A stretch of 64,000 bases of DNA from an uncultured Acidobacteriota bacterium (GTDB lineage Bacteria; Acidobacteriota; UBA6911), in contig CAWJKZ010000010.1 in assembly GCA_963843575.1 (NCBI GenBank), positions 581,851-645,850 on the forward strand, written 5' to 3'. Position 1 is the first letter of the stretch, and every line of letters begins with the position of its first letter. Below, piece by piece: positions 54,020 through 64,000 of the stretch. A model generated the notes under the pieces. It made no database searches, was not told the DNA's origin, and was given only the letters and a program-made list of their open reading frames with translations. The translations under genes were made by a program, and so were the position numbers.

Positions 54020-54596
54020 TCACACCGCGCGCGCAATTCGTACAATTTCCTTAGCGATATCCTCCGGTGAAAGGACAAGATCTATGCACCCGCTTGCCAT
54101 TGCGCTCGCAGGCATAGCCGGCCGCCCAGCCGTGTTGAGTTTCTGCGCGATTGTAATACCCCCCCACTTCTTTGATGCCGCACAACGCGGCTGCCCCATC
54201 ACCATCATAGCCGGAGACAATGACAGCAATAAGCTTTGCTGTCCCAATTCTGCGTCAGGGAACGGAGAAATACCGTGATCACGTCGGGCCATTTGATATC
54301 GGCTCTAGGCGGAACTCCCCATCCAGAACGTGCAAATCACGCTGTGGCGGGATGATGTACACATGGTTGGGCTGGATGCGCAATCTTTCTCTGATCAGTT
54401 CAACCGGCATCCCGGTGTGTTGGGGGAGAATCCCGTGGAGCAGGGTGGCTACAGTTCTCAGGTGGTTGACGATGACTATGGCAACACCCATATCGGCCGG
54501 CAGATGCTTCAGTAACCGGATATAGGCGTCCAGGCCACCGGCGGAACCGCCCACGCAAACGACAGGAAAGTCCTTTGCAGCTCTCTTGACTTTCAT
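54020..54596 (-). CDS. Second stand-alone CheB methylesterase domain (frameshifted or degenerate)
   Basis: VCVGGSAGG, IVNH, GGITIAQ, MPASAMASGCIDLVL. Confidence 0.75.
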
Positions 54597-54858
54597 TGAC
54601 TATCACTCCGCTGCGGATTTTCCATTCCAGAGCGGATTGTGTTGGTAATCGATCCCCCGGATCCAATCAGAAAGATTGTGGACTGCCTCGGCCGCGGCCA
54701 GGAAAAGCGGTTGCGGGCCGATAGCATCACACCGGCGCAAAACTTTACGGCCTTCATAGTGATTATCAGCGGTTCGGTTTTGAGAACCACTGATAAGTGC
54801 TAATGACCACCTGATACATCCGTCTTGCGCGGCTGAGTTCGCGGGGATACGGTCTTCA

Positions 54859-55038
54859 TCATTCTCCGAAGACTTTCTTTATCTCACCGATTTTCTTCTG
54901 CACCGTGCCTGCGTTCTTTTCATCTTTGCCTTCAACCTCCAATTCCGGACTGTTCGTCATTTTCCCTACTTCCTCCTTCACCTTCCCCTTGATCTCGTGA
55001 AACTTGCCTTTTGTCTTATCTTCGGTGCTGGATATCAT
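54859..55038 (-). CDS. CsbD-like general stress protein
   Basis: DKTKGKFHEIKGKVKEEVGKMTN..LEVEGKDEK..GTVQKKIG. Confidence 0.85.
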   Translation of the reverse strand: MISSTEDKTKGKFHEIKGKVKEEVGKMTNSPELEVEGKDEKNAGTVQKKIGEIKKVFGE

Positions 55039-55215
55039 GGTTTTCTCCTTTGCTATTGTCATCGAGTGGCCCGTTATCTTATTTGGCGGATAGCGGCCTG
55101 CGATCGGCCCCCCGACTGGCAGGTCACGCTGCAATTCTCAAGATAGCCTCGTGTAGTACAAATGTCTGGTCAATTGGGATCACGTACTTTATCAAAACTG
55201 CTCATCCAGATTCCA

Positions 55216-57559
55216 GACCTCCTGACATAGGCGCCTATTGAATTGTCCTCTTATGGCACGGCCGACCGAGTTCCACCGCGTAGCGGAGACGGAGGCGGGA
55301 TCCAGGGAACGTGGCCGCGCTGAGGTTCAGTTCCTCGCAGAGTGCTGCAATTGCCTTGGAGCGATGCGGCGAGCTGAGGGGAGCCAACGTGACGTGGAGT
55401 TCTTCCGTCGTGACCCGGAGATTCCCGGTACACGCGAGGGCAGACTGGATCAACGTACGGCCTTCGTCGGCCGCCCGCTTGTAGTGAGGCGCCACGAGAT
55501 GCACGAGATCACTCTCGGCCTGGTAAGCGACCATCTTGATGATGTTCGTGAACAGTTTATGTTCCGGTGCAAGCTGGACCACCTCGTCCGCGACGACACT
55601 GGCGACGGGAACCCGCTTGGGCAGAGCCGATCGCGCCACTTCGAGGTTCGAGATGCAGTCGAATGCCTTCCGGATACGATTTGCGAGGTTGGATTGCGCA
55701 ATCTTGAATCCTCGCATCGTCGGTCGGGACTGTTCAGGGTTGATGAAGGCCTCGGCTCCGTATTCTGCGGTGAGGCGATTAAACTCGGCGCGCACCGCCT
55801 CGAGTTGCGCCGTCATCTCGGCTCTTTTGGGGTTGGGCACCTCCCGCGCCGGGTCCGCGGCAACAGCGCCGTAGTCCGCCAAGGCATCCAGCGCGTACTC
55901 CTCGCGGAGATATTTGAAGAAGTTCTCCTGCGTCCACCGCTCAAACATCCGGAAGGCGACCTCGATGGCCGGGATGTCCCGGCGGGAAGTCAGAATGGGG
56001 GTCTGGTGTCCATCCTCAACGAGACGCGTCACCTGGCGCAGCCGGAGCTTGCCTTTCAGCAAGCGAACCCCCTGATCCGCCAATGTGTAAGCCACCTTGC
56101 GACCATGGATGACCGCCTCGTGTCGACTGAAGTGCGCTCGGGCTATACGCCGGATGCGCCCCTTTCGATACGTGAGAATGTCGAACCCGTCAGCGATGAG
56201 CTCCAGAAAAAGCTTCGGGCTGTACCCGCCGCGGTCAAACGCCACGGTAACCCGCCGCTCACCCACGAGCGAGCGCACCTCCTGGAGCAGGACAGGCAAC
56301 ATCTTTGTCAGTCCGGCATTGGCTTCCGCAGTGACGACAAAAAGCGGGTCGCCGACCGCATCATTGACCCAGTAGTCGGTCGTGGCCGGCATCGACAGAC
56401 GCATCCGCGCGACGTGAGCCTTGGGCAGGGTCCGCTTGCCGTGATAGACCCGCACGTGTCCATCCACATAAAGGAATCCCATGGCGGCTCCTCGCTCTGC
56501 GACGCGCTTTTGCGCCAGAGCTCTTCCGAAGTCGGCGGCCCGACCGGATGCAGCCAGCCGGTCGAGCTTGCGCCGCATCGTCTTGACCTCGGGAGCACGA
56601 TCGAGGCCAAGAACGCGTCCCAGATCATCCGGCGCATGCTCTTTGAGTGCCTCGGGGCGCTTGATCCTCAGCAGCGCCATCAACACCAAAGCCATGAGAG
56701 TCGTGCGAAGACCGTAGAAGGCCGGGCCGATGCTGCCATAGACGCTCCGGGCAATCGCAAAGACGCCGCTCGCCACCAGGGCCGGCACCGCCAGCAGCAC
56801 GCCGGCATGGGGCACACGGGCTTCGGCACAGAACAGCGGTGCCGCATCGTCCAGGAGTCCCAGACAGGCAAGGATGCGATCCACGCGCCGATCGGAAGGA
56901 TCCGCATCGAACGATATCGGAACCGGTTCTGCGGCATCAGCGACAAAAGTGGACACGCTTGGGTCCCCGCCCGGCGAGGGTCTTACGGATGCCGTAACCG
57001 CCTGCTTGGATTGAAAAGGGGACAGGTTTGGGTCCCCACCCGACGGCGCCAGCGGCAAGCGGACCTGTTCGGGTTCGTGGTCGTGCCAACCCGACCGCTT
57101 CAAGAGTTTCCTGACCGCTTTCGGAGTGACGCCGAGCCGACGGGCCACCTCACGGTTCGCCAGACCCTCATCCTTGAGTCGATGGACCATCTGTACGCGC
57201 GAGCGCGTCAATCGGGGGCGTCCCGCAGGATACCCGTCCCGGTGGCCGAGCGCAGTCAAGCCGCCTGCGGCGAATCGAAGTTGATGCCGACGAACCGTGC
57301 GTACGGAACACCGGAACGCTCGTGCTACTTCCCGCTGGCTTGCCCAGCCCTGTTCCACGAGACTGACCATCGCGTAGGACTCCGCCATACGGTCGGCAAT
57401 ATCGTACTGGGCCAGGACGATACCGGAGACGACAACGACTCGGTTGCCCAGATCCGTGCGAACCGTGCAACGGTCATTGACGACAATGGAGCCGGCATCC
57501 TTGACCGGTTGAACGAACAGACTCTGTTGCCTTTGTGCTCCCGCCATGACAGGAGCATC
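55216..57559 (-). mobile_element. Unclassified IS with a large DDE transposase
   Basis: Imperfect terminal IR GACCTCCTGACAT / ATGACAGGAGCATC flanking the ORF. Confidence 0.6.
55235..57547 (-). CDS. Putative DDE transposase with N-terminal HTHs (~770 aa)
   Basis: LYVDGHVRVY, AFDRGGYS, RWTQENFFKY. Confidence 0.82.
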   Translation of the reverse strand: MAGAQRQQSLFVQPVKDAGSIVVNDRCTVRTDLGNRVVVVSGIVLAQYDIADRMAESYAMVSLVEQGWASQREVARAFRCSVRTVRRHQLRFAAGGLTALGHRDGYPAGRPRLTRSRVQMVHRLKDEGLANREVARRLGVTPKAVRKLLKRSGWHDHEPEQVRLPLAPSGGDPNLSPFQSKQAVTASVRPSPGGDPSVSTFVADAAEPVPISFDADPSDRRVDRILACLGLLDDAAPLFCAEARVPHAGVLLAVPALVASGVFAIARSVYGSIGPAFYGLRTTLMALVLMALLRIKRPEALKEHAPDDLGRVLGLDRAPEVKTMRRKLDRLAASGRAADFGRALAQKRVAERGAAMGFLYVDGHVRVYHGKRTLPKAHVARMRLSMPATTDYWVNDAVGDPLFVVTAEANAGLTKMLPVLLQEVRSLVGERRVTVAFDRGGYSPKLFLELIADGFDILTYRKGRIRRIARAHFSRHEAVIHGRKVAYTLADQGVRLLKGKLRLRQVTRLVEDGHQTPILTSRRDIPAIEVAFRMFERWTQENFFKYLREEYALDALADYGAVAADPAREVPNPKRAEMTAQLEAVRAEFNRLTAEYGAEAFINPEQSRPTMRGFKIAQSNLANRIRKAFDCISNLEVARSALPKRVPVASVVADEVVQLAPEHKLFTNIIKMVAYQAESDLVHLVAPHYKRAADEGRTLIQSALACTGNLRVTTEELHVTLAPLSSPHRSKAIAALCEELNLSAATFPGSRLRLRYAVELGRPCHKRTIQ

Positions 57560-57847
57560 GTAAGCGGTCCTATGAAAGCGGATGTCAAGGATAGTTTTCT
57601 CCCTCCCAGGGATAGGGAGTTTTTCTTGAGCCTCGACATCCAGCCAATGCTCGAATGGCAACCCTGCTGATCCCTGCGAACCACGCTCGTTATCGCGCAC
57701 ACGTTGGATCGAGAGCAAGAACTGCTCAGGAACTGCGGGGACCAAATCCCTTCGAGACATTTAAAGCACAGCGGCGGTTTTGCCAACCACGGTCCTATCA
57801 GAGACTTGAAAGCCTATTGCTTTATTCGGTCGTGCGAGGGGGCCTAG

Positions 57848-59167
57848 CAGGATGCTGAAATATCGCGAGTTTCGGTAGTTTTGTCTCTTCAATACGGCTC
57901 TTGACGACTTCATGCTCAGAGAATTCAATGCATTTGAGGCGCGAACCTGGGGTGGTGCACCTCGAATTTGTCCCCAGCAGGGACTTTCCCCGCTCTCATG
58001 CAGGAACCTGCATCAGATTTCGCATCCTTACCAAGTTGTATATCGCAACTCCGAAGGTAAACATCCAGCCGACGCGAGCGGTCCCGCGGTGCCGCGTCTT
58101 GCGCAACATGCCGACCGTCTTCATCCAGCCGAAGATCTCCTCGACACGTTTCCGCTTTCTTTGACTGATCGGATACCCGGGATGGCGTGTGGTTCGGCTG
58201 TCAATCGCACTCGATCTATTTTTGGTGTTTTGGGCAACGTGAGGCGTTGCTTCCAGAGCACGTACCTGTTCGACGAACTCTCTCGTGTCGTATGCCTTAT
58301 CTCCGCCAACGGTGATGCGCTTTCTCACCGGCATCTCGCCAAGCATATCGACGGCAGCCTCTCTTTCGGCAGTCCCCGTAGCTCTCGTCACTCGTGCGTT
58401 GACGACAAGACCATTGCGGTTTTCCATCAGCAAATGGCCCAGGTAGCAGAGCTTCGACTCCTGCCCCTTAGCTTTTTTGTACAACCTCGCATCCGGATCG
58501 GTCGTCGATTGGTGCGTCTCGTTCGTTCTCTTTTCATTCTTGAAATCAACAGTCGGGTTCCCAGGATCATCGCTGGAGCTGCCAGTACCGCGGCCCCTCT
58601 CCTTGAAGCTCTTCTGCCCAGCCCAGGCCTCGATCAGGGTTCCATCCACCGTGAAATGCTCATCCGAGAGAAGCCGCTGTTCCCGAGCATGAACGAGAAC
58701 CCTTTCAAAGAAAGCTCGGGCGATGTCGCCTTCGAGAAGTCGATCCCGATTCTTGCTGAAAACCGTGGCGTCCCAGATCTCGTCATCCATGCTCAATCCC
58801 ACAAACCAGCGAAACAACAGGTTGTAGTCAAGCTGCTCCATCAGCAACCGCTCACTACGCACGGAGTACAGCACCTGGAGCAAAAGAGCCCGAAGAAGTC
58901 TCTCTGGCGCAATCGACGGGCGACCGACTCTGGCATAAAGTCCTTCAAAGCGCGGCGACAAGTCCTTCAGAATTACATCGACCATAGTCCGGACGGTCCT
59001 CAGCGGATGATCCTTGGGCACTCGTTTCTCCGCCGAGATGTAACTGAACATCCAGTCCTGTCTTTCGTCGGGTCCGCGCATCAATCGTCTCCTTTGGAGG
59101 AACTTCAGAGAGGTTCATCAATAAAGATGCACGAAACCGCAATTGGTTGGAGTTTTTCAGCATCCTG
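57848..59167 (-). mobile_element. IS5 family element
   Basis: IR CAGGATGCTGAAA / TTTCAGCATCCTG; CTAG target duplication at 57844-57847 and 59168-59171. Confidence 0.92.
57996..59084 (-). CDS. IS5 family transposase
   Basis: GRPSIAPE, TVDGTLI, STTDPDA, GDKAYD, RKRVEEIFGWMK. Confidence 0.95.
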   Translation of the reverse strand: MMRGPDERQDWMFSYISAEKRVPKDHPLRTVRTMVDVILKDLSPRFEGLYARVGRPSIAPERLLRALLLQVLYSVRSERLLMEQLDYNLLFRWFVGLSMDDEIWDATVFSKNRDRLLEGDIARAFFERVLVHAREQRLLSDEHFTVDGTLIEAWAGQKSFKERGRGTGSSSDDPGNPTVDFKNEKRTNETHQSTTDPDARLYKKAKGQESKLCYLGHLLMENRNGLVVNARVTRATGTAEREAAVDMLGEMPVRKRITVGGDKAYDTREFVEQVRALEATPHVAQNTKNRSSAIDSRTTRHPGYPISQRKRKRVEEIFGWMKTVGMLRKTRHRGTARVGWMFTFGVAIYNLVRMRNLMQVPA

Positions 59168-59296
59168 CTAGAGTAAGTTAGAGACTCGTTTTTGCCGGCC
59201 TAACCGCTTACGTGAGACTCACCCTCGACCTCGCGTCTCGTCCGGAAATCGACTTGGATCCCACAGCTGACTCGCTCAGTCAGCTCTCGAGACGCT

Positions 59297-60355
59297 TCAT
59301 GCCGCGTGCATTATCTTCAGTTTTGTCTGATCGTAGCGTTCTCCTTTTTTCCAAAGCGTCAGTGTGATCGATGCGATCTTCCTCGCCAGCGTCAGAAGTA
59401 CCAGTGATTCCTTGGTACCATTGGATACCATTGCGTCGAAACAGGATTTCCATACACCTGACGCGGCAGTCTTGGCAGCGCTCTTGAATACGTGCTTGAG
59501 CGCGCGATTGTAATTGTGGTTCAATCCGCGGACGAGAGGGCGTTTTTTTGACCTGGATACCCGTCCGTTGACCAACTCGTACTCTGAGCTCGCCTCCGTG
59601 ACTACTGCCAGCCCGCAGTAGGCCCAGAACTGCCTTTTCGTTCGAAACCGATGGGGAGTGCTGGCAACACCAAGAATCACGGCTGCACGGACGAGGCCGA
59701 TGCCTGGAATGCTGCGAAGGATCTTAACGGCGGCGTGTTTCCGTGCCTCAGCCACCATCTCCTCTTTTGCCCTTTCACACAGGAGCTTGACGCAGTCGAG
59801 CTCGTCCCAGAGTGTCGTGGCTCGGGTACGTACCGCAGCAGTATCAAGTTTCGCAAGCCAGTCCTCCCGCTCGTCCGGATTGTAGACTCCACTACCGCTG
59901 CATTCGATTCCCCTACCGCGGAACAAAGCTTTCAGTCGATTTTTGATCCGTGTGCCGTCCTCAATTACGGAGGTGTAGTTCTGGACCAGTTCCTTGACAG
60001 CCCGGGTGCTCTGCTCTCCGTGATAAACCGGGGTCAGAGCATTCGTGCGCAGCAACTCCGCCAGACGCCTCGCATCTGGCTTGTCTGCCTTGTTGCCTTG
60101 CTTGGCAATCTTCCTTGGGTTGCACACCACCACATTCGCCACATGTGGCCGGATCAGATCGTAGAGCCAGGCCGCCTGAGTCCCCTCCTCAAAGGTCACA
60201 TGCAGGGTTCCACGCTGGCTTTTCATGAAATCCAGGATCGACGATGTGGTCGTTTCGATGATGGCTTCCGAGACGACCTTCCCCGCGACGTTCAGCACGG
60301 CAATTACTGTCGTTGCCTTATGCACGTCCATGCCGATATACTTTATTTGGTTCAT
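59297..60355 (-). CDS. IS110 family recombinase
   Basis: YIGMDVHK, TFEE, KADKPDA, SIPGIG, AYCGL, LARKIA; clear but diverged homolog of 35935-36987. Confidence 0.93.
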   Translation of the reverse strand: MNQIKYIGMDVHKATTVIAVLNVAGKVVSEAIIETTTSSILDFMKSQRGTLHVTFEEGTQAAWLYDLIRPHVANVVVCNPRKIAKQGNKADKPDARRLAELLRTNALTPVYHGEQSTRAVKELVQNYTSVIEDGTRIKNRLKALFRGRGIECSGSGVYNPDEREDWLAKLDTAAVRTRATTLWDELDCVKLLCERAKEEMVAEARKHAAVKILRSIPGIGLVRAAVILGVASTPHRFRTKRQFWAYCGLAVVTEASSEYELVNGRVSRSKKRPLVRGLNHNYNRALKHVFKSAAKTAASGVWKSCFDAMVSNGTKESLVLLTLARKIASITLTLWKKGERYDQTKLKIMHAA

Positions 60356-60755
60356 GGGGCGCTCCTTTAGGGATTTGGTTTTGGTGCTTGAACTCACTTC
60401 AACCTTATCACTTTTGGAACGCCCTTTTTTCATGATGCGTATTACAATCCCTTTCGTCTGGTGAAACGGAGCCAGGCTCTGCGGGGACGCAACCTGACAA
60501 GGGATAGCCAGACCGACGGTGCGCCGATGGTGCATCTGGGCCTCTGACGAAATCAGCCGCCAGAGGCCTTCGTCTTTTTAACCATCGGACACCGGAGCCA
60601 TGCCTCCGAAAATCCCGGGGTCAGGGGCAGAGCCCCTCGGCTGTCGCCCCGACAGCCGCCCTTACAGCACCCATGTCAATTGCATGGGCGCGCTTTCATA
60701 ATGCGTAAGCCAGGCACATCTACCGCCGGGCGCGGCGCAGCGATAGGCTGCGCGC

Positions 60756-61078
60756 ATGGAACCTGAACGAATCACCCGCTGTTACCTGAAACCCGAAGAA
60801 CGCCGACGAATCGCCGAACGCTGCGAGAGCAGTGGGCTGAGCCGGAGCGAGTTCGCCAGGCGCCACCAAATCTCCCTCTCGAGCCTGGAGCGATGGCTCT
60901 CCGAGGCGCGCAACGCGCCCAAGGAGGTCCCGGCCGTCGTGTTCCGGGAGGTCACGGTTTCTCCGTCGCGCCCGGATGGGCGGTCGAAGTCGTCGGTCCG
61001 GACGGCATGACTGTCCGCTGCCGTGAAGGATGGTCTATCGAGGATCTTGCCCGGCTCCTGCGGGGTCGCCCATGCTGA
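60756..61078 (+). CDS. tnpA: IS66 TnpA (frameshifted)
   Basis: ESSGLSRSEFARRH..LERW, FREV. Confidence 0.75.
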
Positions 61079-61408
61079 GCGTCTCGCCGGCGACCCGGAT
61101 CTTCGTGGCCCTGGGCCCCGTCGACATGAGGAAGAGTTTTAACGGCCTGTATGCACACATCCAGGCCGTGCTCCGGGAAGATCCGCTCTCGGGCCACCTG
61201 TTTGTGCTACACAAACCGTCTGCGCAACAGGGTAAAGCTGGTCTGGTTCGATGGCTCCGGGTTGTGGGTTTGTGCGAAGCGTCTCGAGCGCGGGACGTTC
61301 GGATGGCCTGCGGGCGAAGGCACGAGCCGGTGCCTGCGGCCCGAAGAACTGCAACTCCTCCTTTACGGGATAGAAGGGACGCCACGGCGTCACTGGTACC
61401 GCGTCTGA
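61072..61408 (+). CDS. tnpB: IS66 TnpB (frameshifted)
   Basis: PVDMRKSFNGL, KLVWFDGSGLWVCAKRLERGTF. Confidence 0.88.
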
Positions 61409-61462
61409 TGCCCGTGCATTTTTCGCTGGACTCCGGTTTCGTGATTTTCTATACTTCGCGGC

Positions 61463-62338
61463 ATGAACGAAGCCGTGGTTGTGCAAGGGCGCCGGGTGAC
61501 CCCCCAGGACGTCGCCCGCATCCGCCAACTGATGACTGCGAATCCGCACTGGAGCCGGAGGCGGTTGTCGGAAGCTCTTGCGGAAGAATGGGAGTGGCGC
61601 AACGGGGCGGGGCGGCTGAAGGACATGGCCTCGCGCACGTTGCTCCTGAAGCTCGATGCACGCGGGCTGATCGATCTGCCGCCGCGCCGGCAGACTCCGT
61701 CGAACCGGATGGCGGTCCGCCATCGTTCCCGGCAGAACTGGGACAACACACCGATCGAGGGAAGACTTGGCGACCTGGGTCCGCTGACGGTCCGGGAAGT
61801 CAGCTCGGACGCGACAAGCCGGGTCCGGTTTGCCGCCGCCCTAGCGGAGTTCCACTATCTGGGCTTTCGCGGGACGGTCGGCGAGAACCTGCAGTACACG
61901 GTCACGGACGGACGGGAGCGGTTGCTGGCCTGTCTGCTGTTCGGTGCGGCGGCCTGGAAGTGCCGTGTGCGGGACGAGTTCGTCGGATGGACGGCGGAGC
62001 AGAGACAGCGTCGTCTTCACCTGATCGCGAACAATACACGGTTTCTGATTCTGCCGTTCGTGAGGATTCCGCACCTGGCGAGCTGGATCCTGGGTCAGTT
62101 GTTGCGGCGGCTGTCCACGGACTGGGAGAGAAAGTACGGCCACGGAATCGCCCTGGTCGAGACCTTCGTTGAACGGGATCGTTTTGCGGGAACTTCATAC
62201 AAGGCCGCCAACTGGGTCTGCCTCGGATCCACGACCGGCCGCAGCCGCCAGGACCGGTACTCCACGCTTCGCGTCCCCGTCAAGGACGTCTACATCTATC
62301 CACTGCAGCACCGCTTCCGCCGGGAGCTTTCGTCATGA
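61463..62338 (+). CDS. DUF4338 (DruA-like) domain protein
   Basis: HYLGFRG, RDEFVGW, ANNTRFLILP, LVETFV, GTSYKAANW, TTGRSRQD. Confidence 0.85.
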   Translation: MNEAVVVQGRRVTPQDVARIRQLMTANPHWSRRRLSEALAEEWEWRNGAGRLKDMASRTLLLKLDARGLIDLPPRRQTPSNRMAVRHRSRQNWDNTPIEGRLGDLGPLTVREVSSDATSRVRFAAALAEFHYLGFRGTVGENLQYTVTDGRERLLACLLFGAAAWKCRVRDEFVGWTAEQRQRRLHLIANNTRFLILPFVRIPHLASWILGQLLRRLSTDWERKYGHGIALVETFVERDRFAGTSYKAANWVCLGSTTGRSRQDRYSTLRVPVKDVYIYPLQHRFRRELSS

Positions 62339-63927
62339 GCTACGACGAACTCCAAGAGGCACACCAGCGGCTCAAGGCCGAGGCGACTCGACTCCGGGAG
62401 GAGAAGGACAGGCTCGAGAACGAGAACGTCGATCTGCGCCGCAAGCTGGAGGAGTCGGAGCAGCGGCTGGCCGAGGCCGAAACCCGGATTGCCGAGTTGA
62501 AGCGCGAGTTGTTCGGCCCGAAGTCGGACCGGCTGACGCCGGAACAGCAGGAGCAACTCTCCAGGCTGAATCAGGATCTCGAGGCGGAAGCGCAACGTCC
62601 TGCCGCGGCAAGCGACGGTATCCTCAAAGACGAAGAAGAGGAAGAGAAGAAGAAAAAGCAGAGCCGGGCCACTCGCCGGCGCCGTGTCCGTCATCCGCTG
62701 CCGGCACATCTCGAAACCGAGACCGTCACGATCGAGCCGGAAGTCGCGCCCTGCCCCTGCTGCGGGAAGATGCCGGAGCGGATCGGCGAAGAGGTCAGCG
62801 AAGAGATCGATTTCGTTCCGGCGAAACTGATCCGGCGCCGCACGGTGCGTCCCAAGTACGCGTGCAGGTGCGGCGAAGCGGGAGTCGCGATCGCCCCGCT
62901 GCCCCCGCGGCTGGTCCCTCAGAGCCGGCTCGGGCTGGGACTGGCCGTGCACGTCGTGCTGGCCCGCTACGACGATCACCTGTCCTTCTACCGATTGGAG
63001 CAGCAATTCCGGGAACGGCATGGGATCGTCATCCCCCGCTCGCAAATGGTGCAGTGGGCCGAGCACATCGCGACGTGGCTCGTGCCGGTCTACGACGCGA
63101 TGTGGAAAACGATGCTCGCCGGCGGGTACCTGCAGGTCGACGAGACCCCGGTGAAGGTGCTCGACCCGGAGGTCCAGGGCAAGGCCGCGCGCGGGTACCT
63201 CTGGTTCTATGCCGTGCCGGGTGGCGACGTCATCCTGGTATTCGATCCCAGCCGGGGGCAGCAGCCGGTGCGGGACCGCTTGAAGGGCTTTGCCGGCACG
63301 ATCCAGACTGACGCCTACCAAGTCTACGAGGCGCTGCGGAAGCGCCAGCCGGGATTGCAGCGCATCGGTTGTCTCGCGCACTCGAGACGGCGCTTCTATG
63401 CTGCCGCGCGGGACAACCTCGCCGACGCCGTCTGGTTCATCACGCAGATCCGGCGGCTGTACCAGATCGAAGCCGAGATCCGGGATCTGCAGCCGGACGA
63501 GCGGTACCGCATCCGGCAAGAACGGGCGCCGGCCATCTGGCAAGCGCTGAAGGCGAGGGCGGAAGAACTCAAACCCCGCTACCTGCCGCAAAGCACCCTG
63601 GGCAATGCCGTCCGATACTTCACGAACGAATATGAGGCGCTGATCGGATACCTGCGCGACGGGCGGTTCGAGATCGACAATAACCTTGTGGAGAACGCCA
63701 TCCGGCCGACCGCAGTGGGAAAACGCCGTTGGTTGTTCATCGGACACCCTGATGCGGGATGGAGGAGCGCCGTTCTCTACTCGATCATCGGCAGCTGTCG
63801 CCGTCGCGGGATCAACCCACAGGAGTACCTGACGGACACCCTCGGCCGTCTACCGATGGCCAAGACCACCGGCCTCTACGACCTCCTGCCGGCGAACTGG
63901 AAGCCCACAGCGACGCACACCAGCTGA
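62335..63927 (+). CDS. tnpC: IS66 transposase TnpC
   Basis: Leucine zipper, CPCCG/CRC zinc finger, VDETP, TDAY, CLAHSRR, IDNNLVENAIR. Confidence 0.95.
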   Translation: MSYDELQEAHQRLKAEATRLREEKDRLENENVDLRRKLEESEQRLAEAETRIAELKRELFGPKSDRLTPEQQEQLSRLNQDLEAEAQRPAAASDGILKDEEEEEKKKKQSRATRRRRVRHPLPAHLETETVTIEPEVAPCPCCGKMPERIGEEVSEEIDFVPAKLIRRRTVRPKYACRCGEAGVAIAPLPPRLVPQSRLGLGLAVHVVLARYDDHLSFYRLEQQFRERHGIVIPRSQMVQWAEHIATWLVPVYDAMWKTMLAGGYLQVDETPVKVLDPEVQGKAARGYLWFYAVPGGDVILVFDPSRGQQPVRDRLKGFAGTIQTDAYQVYEALRKRQPGLQRIGCLAHSRRRFYAAARDNLADAVWFITQIRRLYQIEAEIRDLQPDERYRIRQERAPAIWQALKARAEELKPRYLPQSTLGNAVRYFTNEYEALIGYLRDGRFEIDNNLVENAIRPTAVGKRRWLFIGHPDAGWRSAVLYSIIGSCRRRGINPQEYLTDTLGRLPMAKTTGLYDLLPANWKPTATHTS

Positions 63928-64000
63928 AATCGTACCAGCTCCACCGCGACCCCGACAGCCGGTGGCATTGCGCCATCAAACCGGGGATGTAGCTCGCTTG

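Larger units (their letters stand above)
57569..60704 (-). mobile_element. IS110/IS1111-type element, copy 2 (carries an IS5 insertion)
   Basis: Same ends as copy 1 (GCATTATGAAAGC ... CTTGACATCCGCTTTCATAGG); AC core at both junctions. Confidence 0.88.
57560..64000 (+). mobile_element. IS66 family element (left IR interrupted by IS110 copy 2; right IR at the window edge)
   Basis: Reconstituted left IR GTAAGCGGTAAGCCAGGCACATC; right end GATGTAGCTCGCTTG; tnpA/tnpB/tnpC genes. Confidence 0.75.

Noticed and set aside
61072-61408. TnpB as an RNA-guided nuclease
   Set aside because: This is the small IS66 accessory TnpB, unrelated to IS200/IS605 TnpB

Overview
High-GC bacterial chromosome segment, probably Acidobacteriota (Oar-like TonB receptor, CE15 esterase, KRRKGQVTSY C-terminus; taxonomy is inference). 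1-35 kb is mostly core and metabolic: CE15 esterase, fba, PPi-type pfk, aldo/keto reductase, DEAD helicase, a large arsenic/redox cluster (arsC, arsEFG-like, OsmC, two DGC proteins, GcvH-like, two ArsR, acr3), an orphan fluoride riboswitch, secreted proteins, tRNA-Sec, uxaC, a rhomboid and tRNA-Ala(GGC). Several families of intergenic palindromic repeats are interspersed. From tRNA-Ala onward is accessory DNA: an att-bounded 8.3 kb island, prophage and integrase remnants, HEPN/MNT, a kaiC-cheB cassette and nested IS elements. The strongest signal is a pair of diverged IS110/IS1111-type elements with ~400-nt downstream non-coding regions. In each, a 10-nt segment at the same structural position is the exact reverse complement of that element's own, different insertion site, consistent with natural bridge/seek-RNA reprogramming. 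Many single-base frameshifts suggest long-read assembly errors rather than true pseudogenes.
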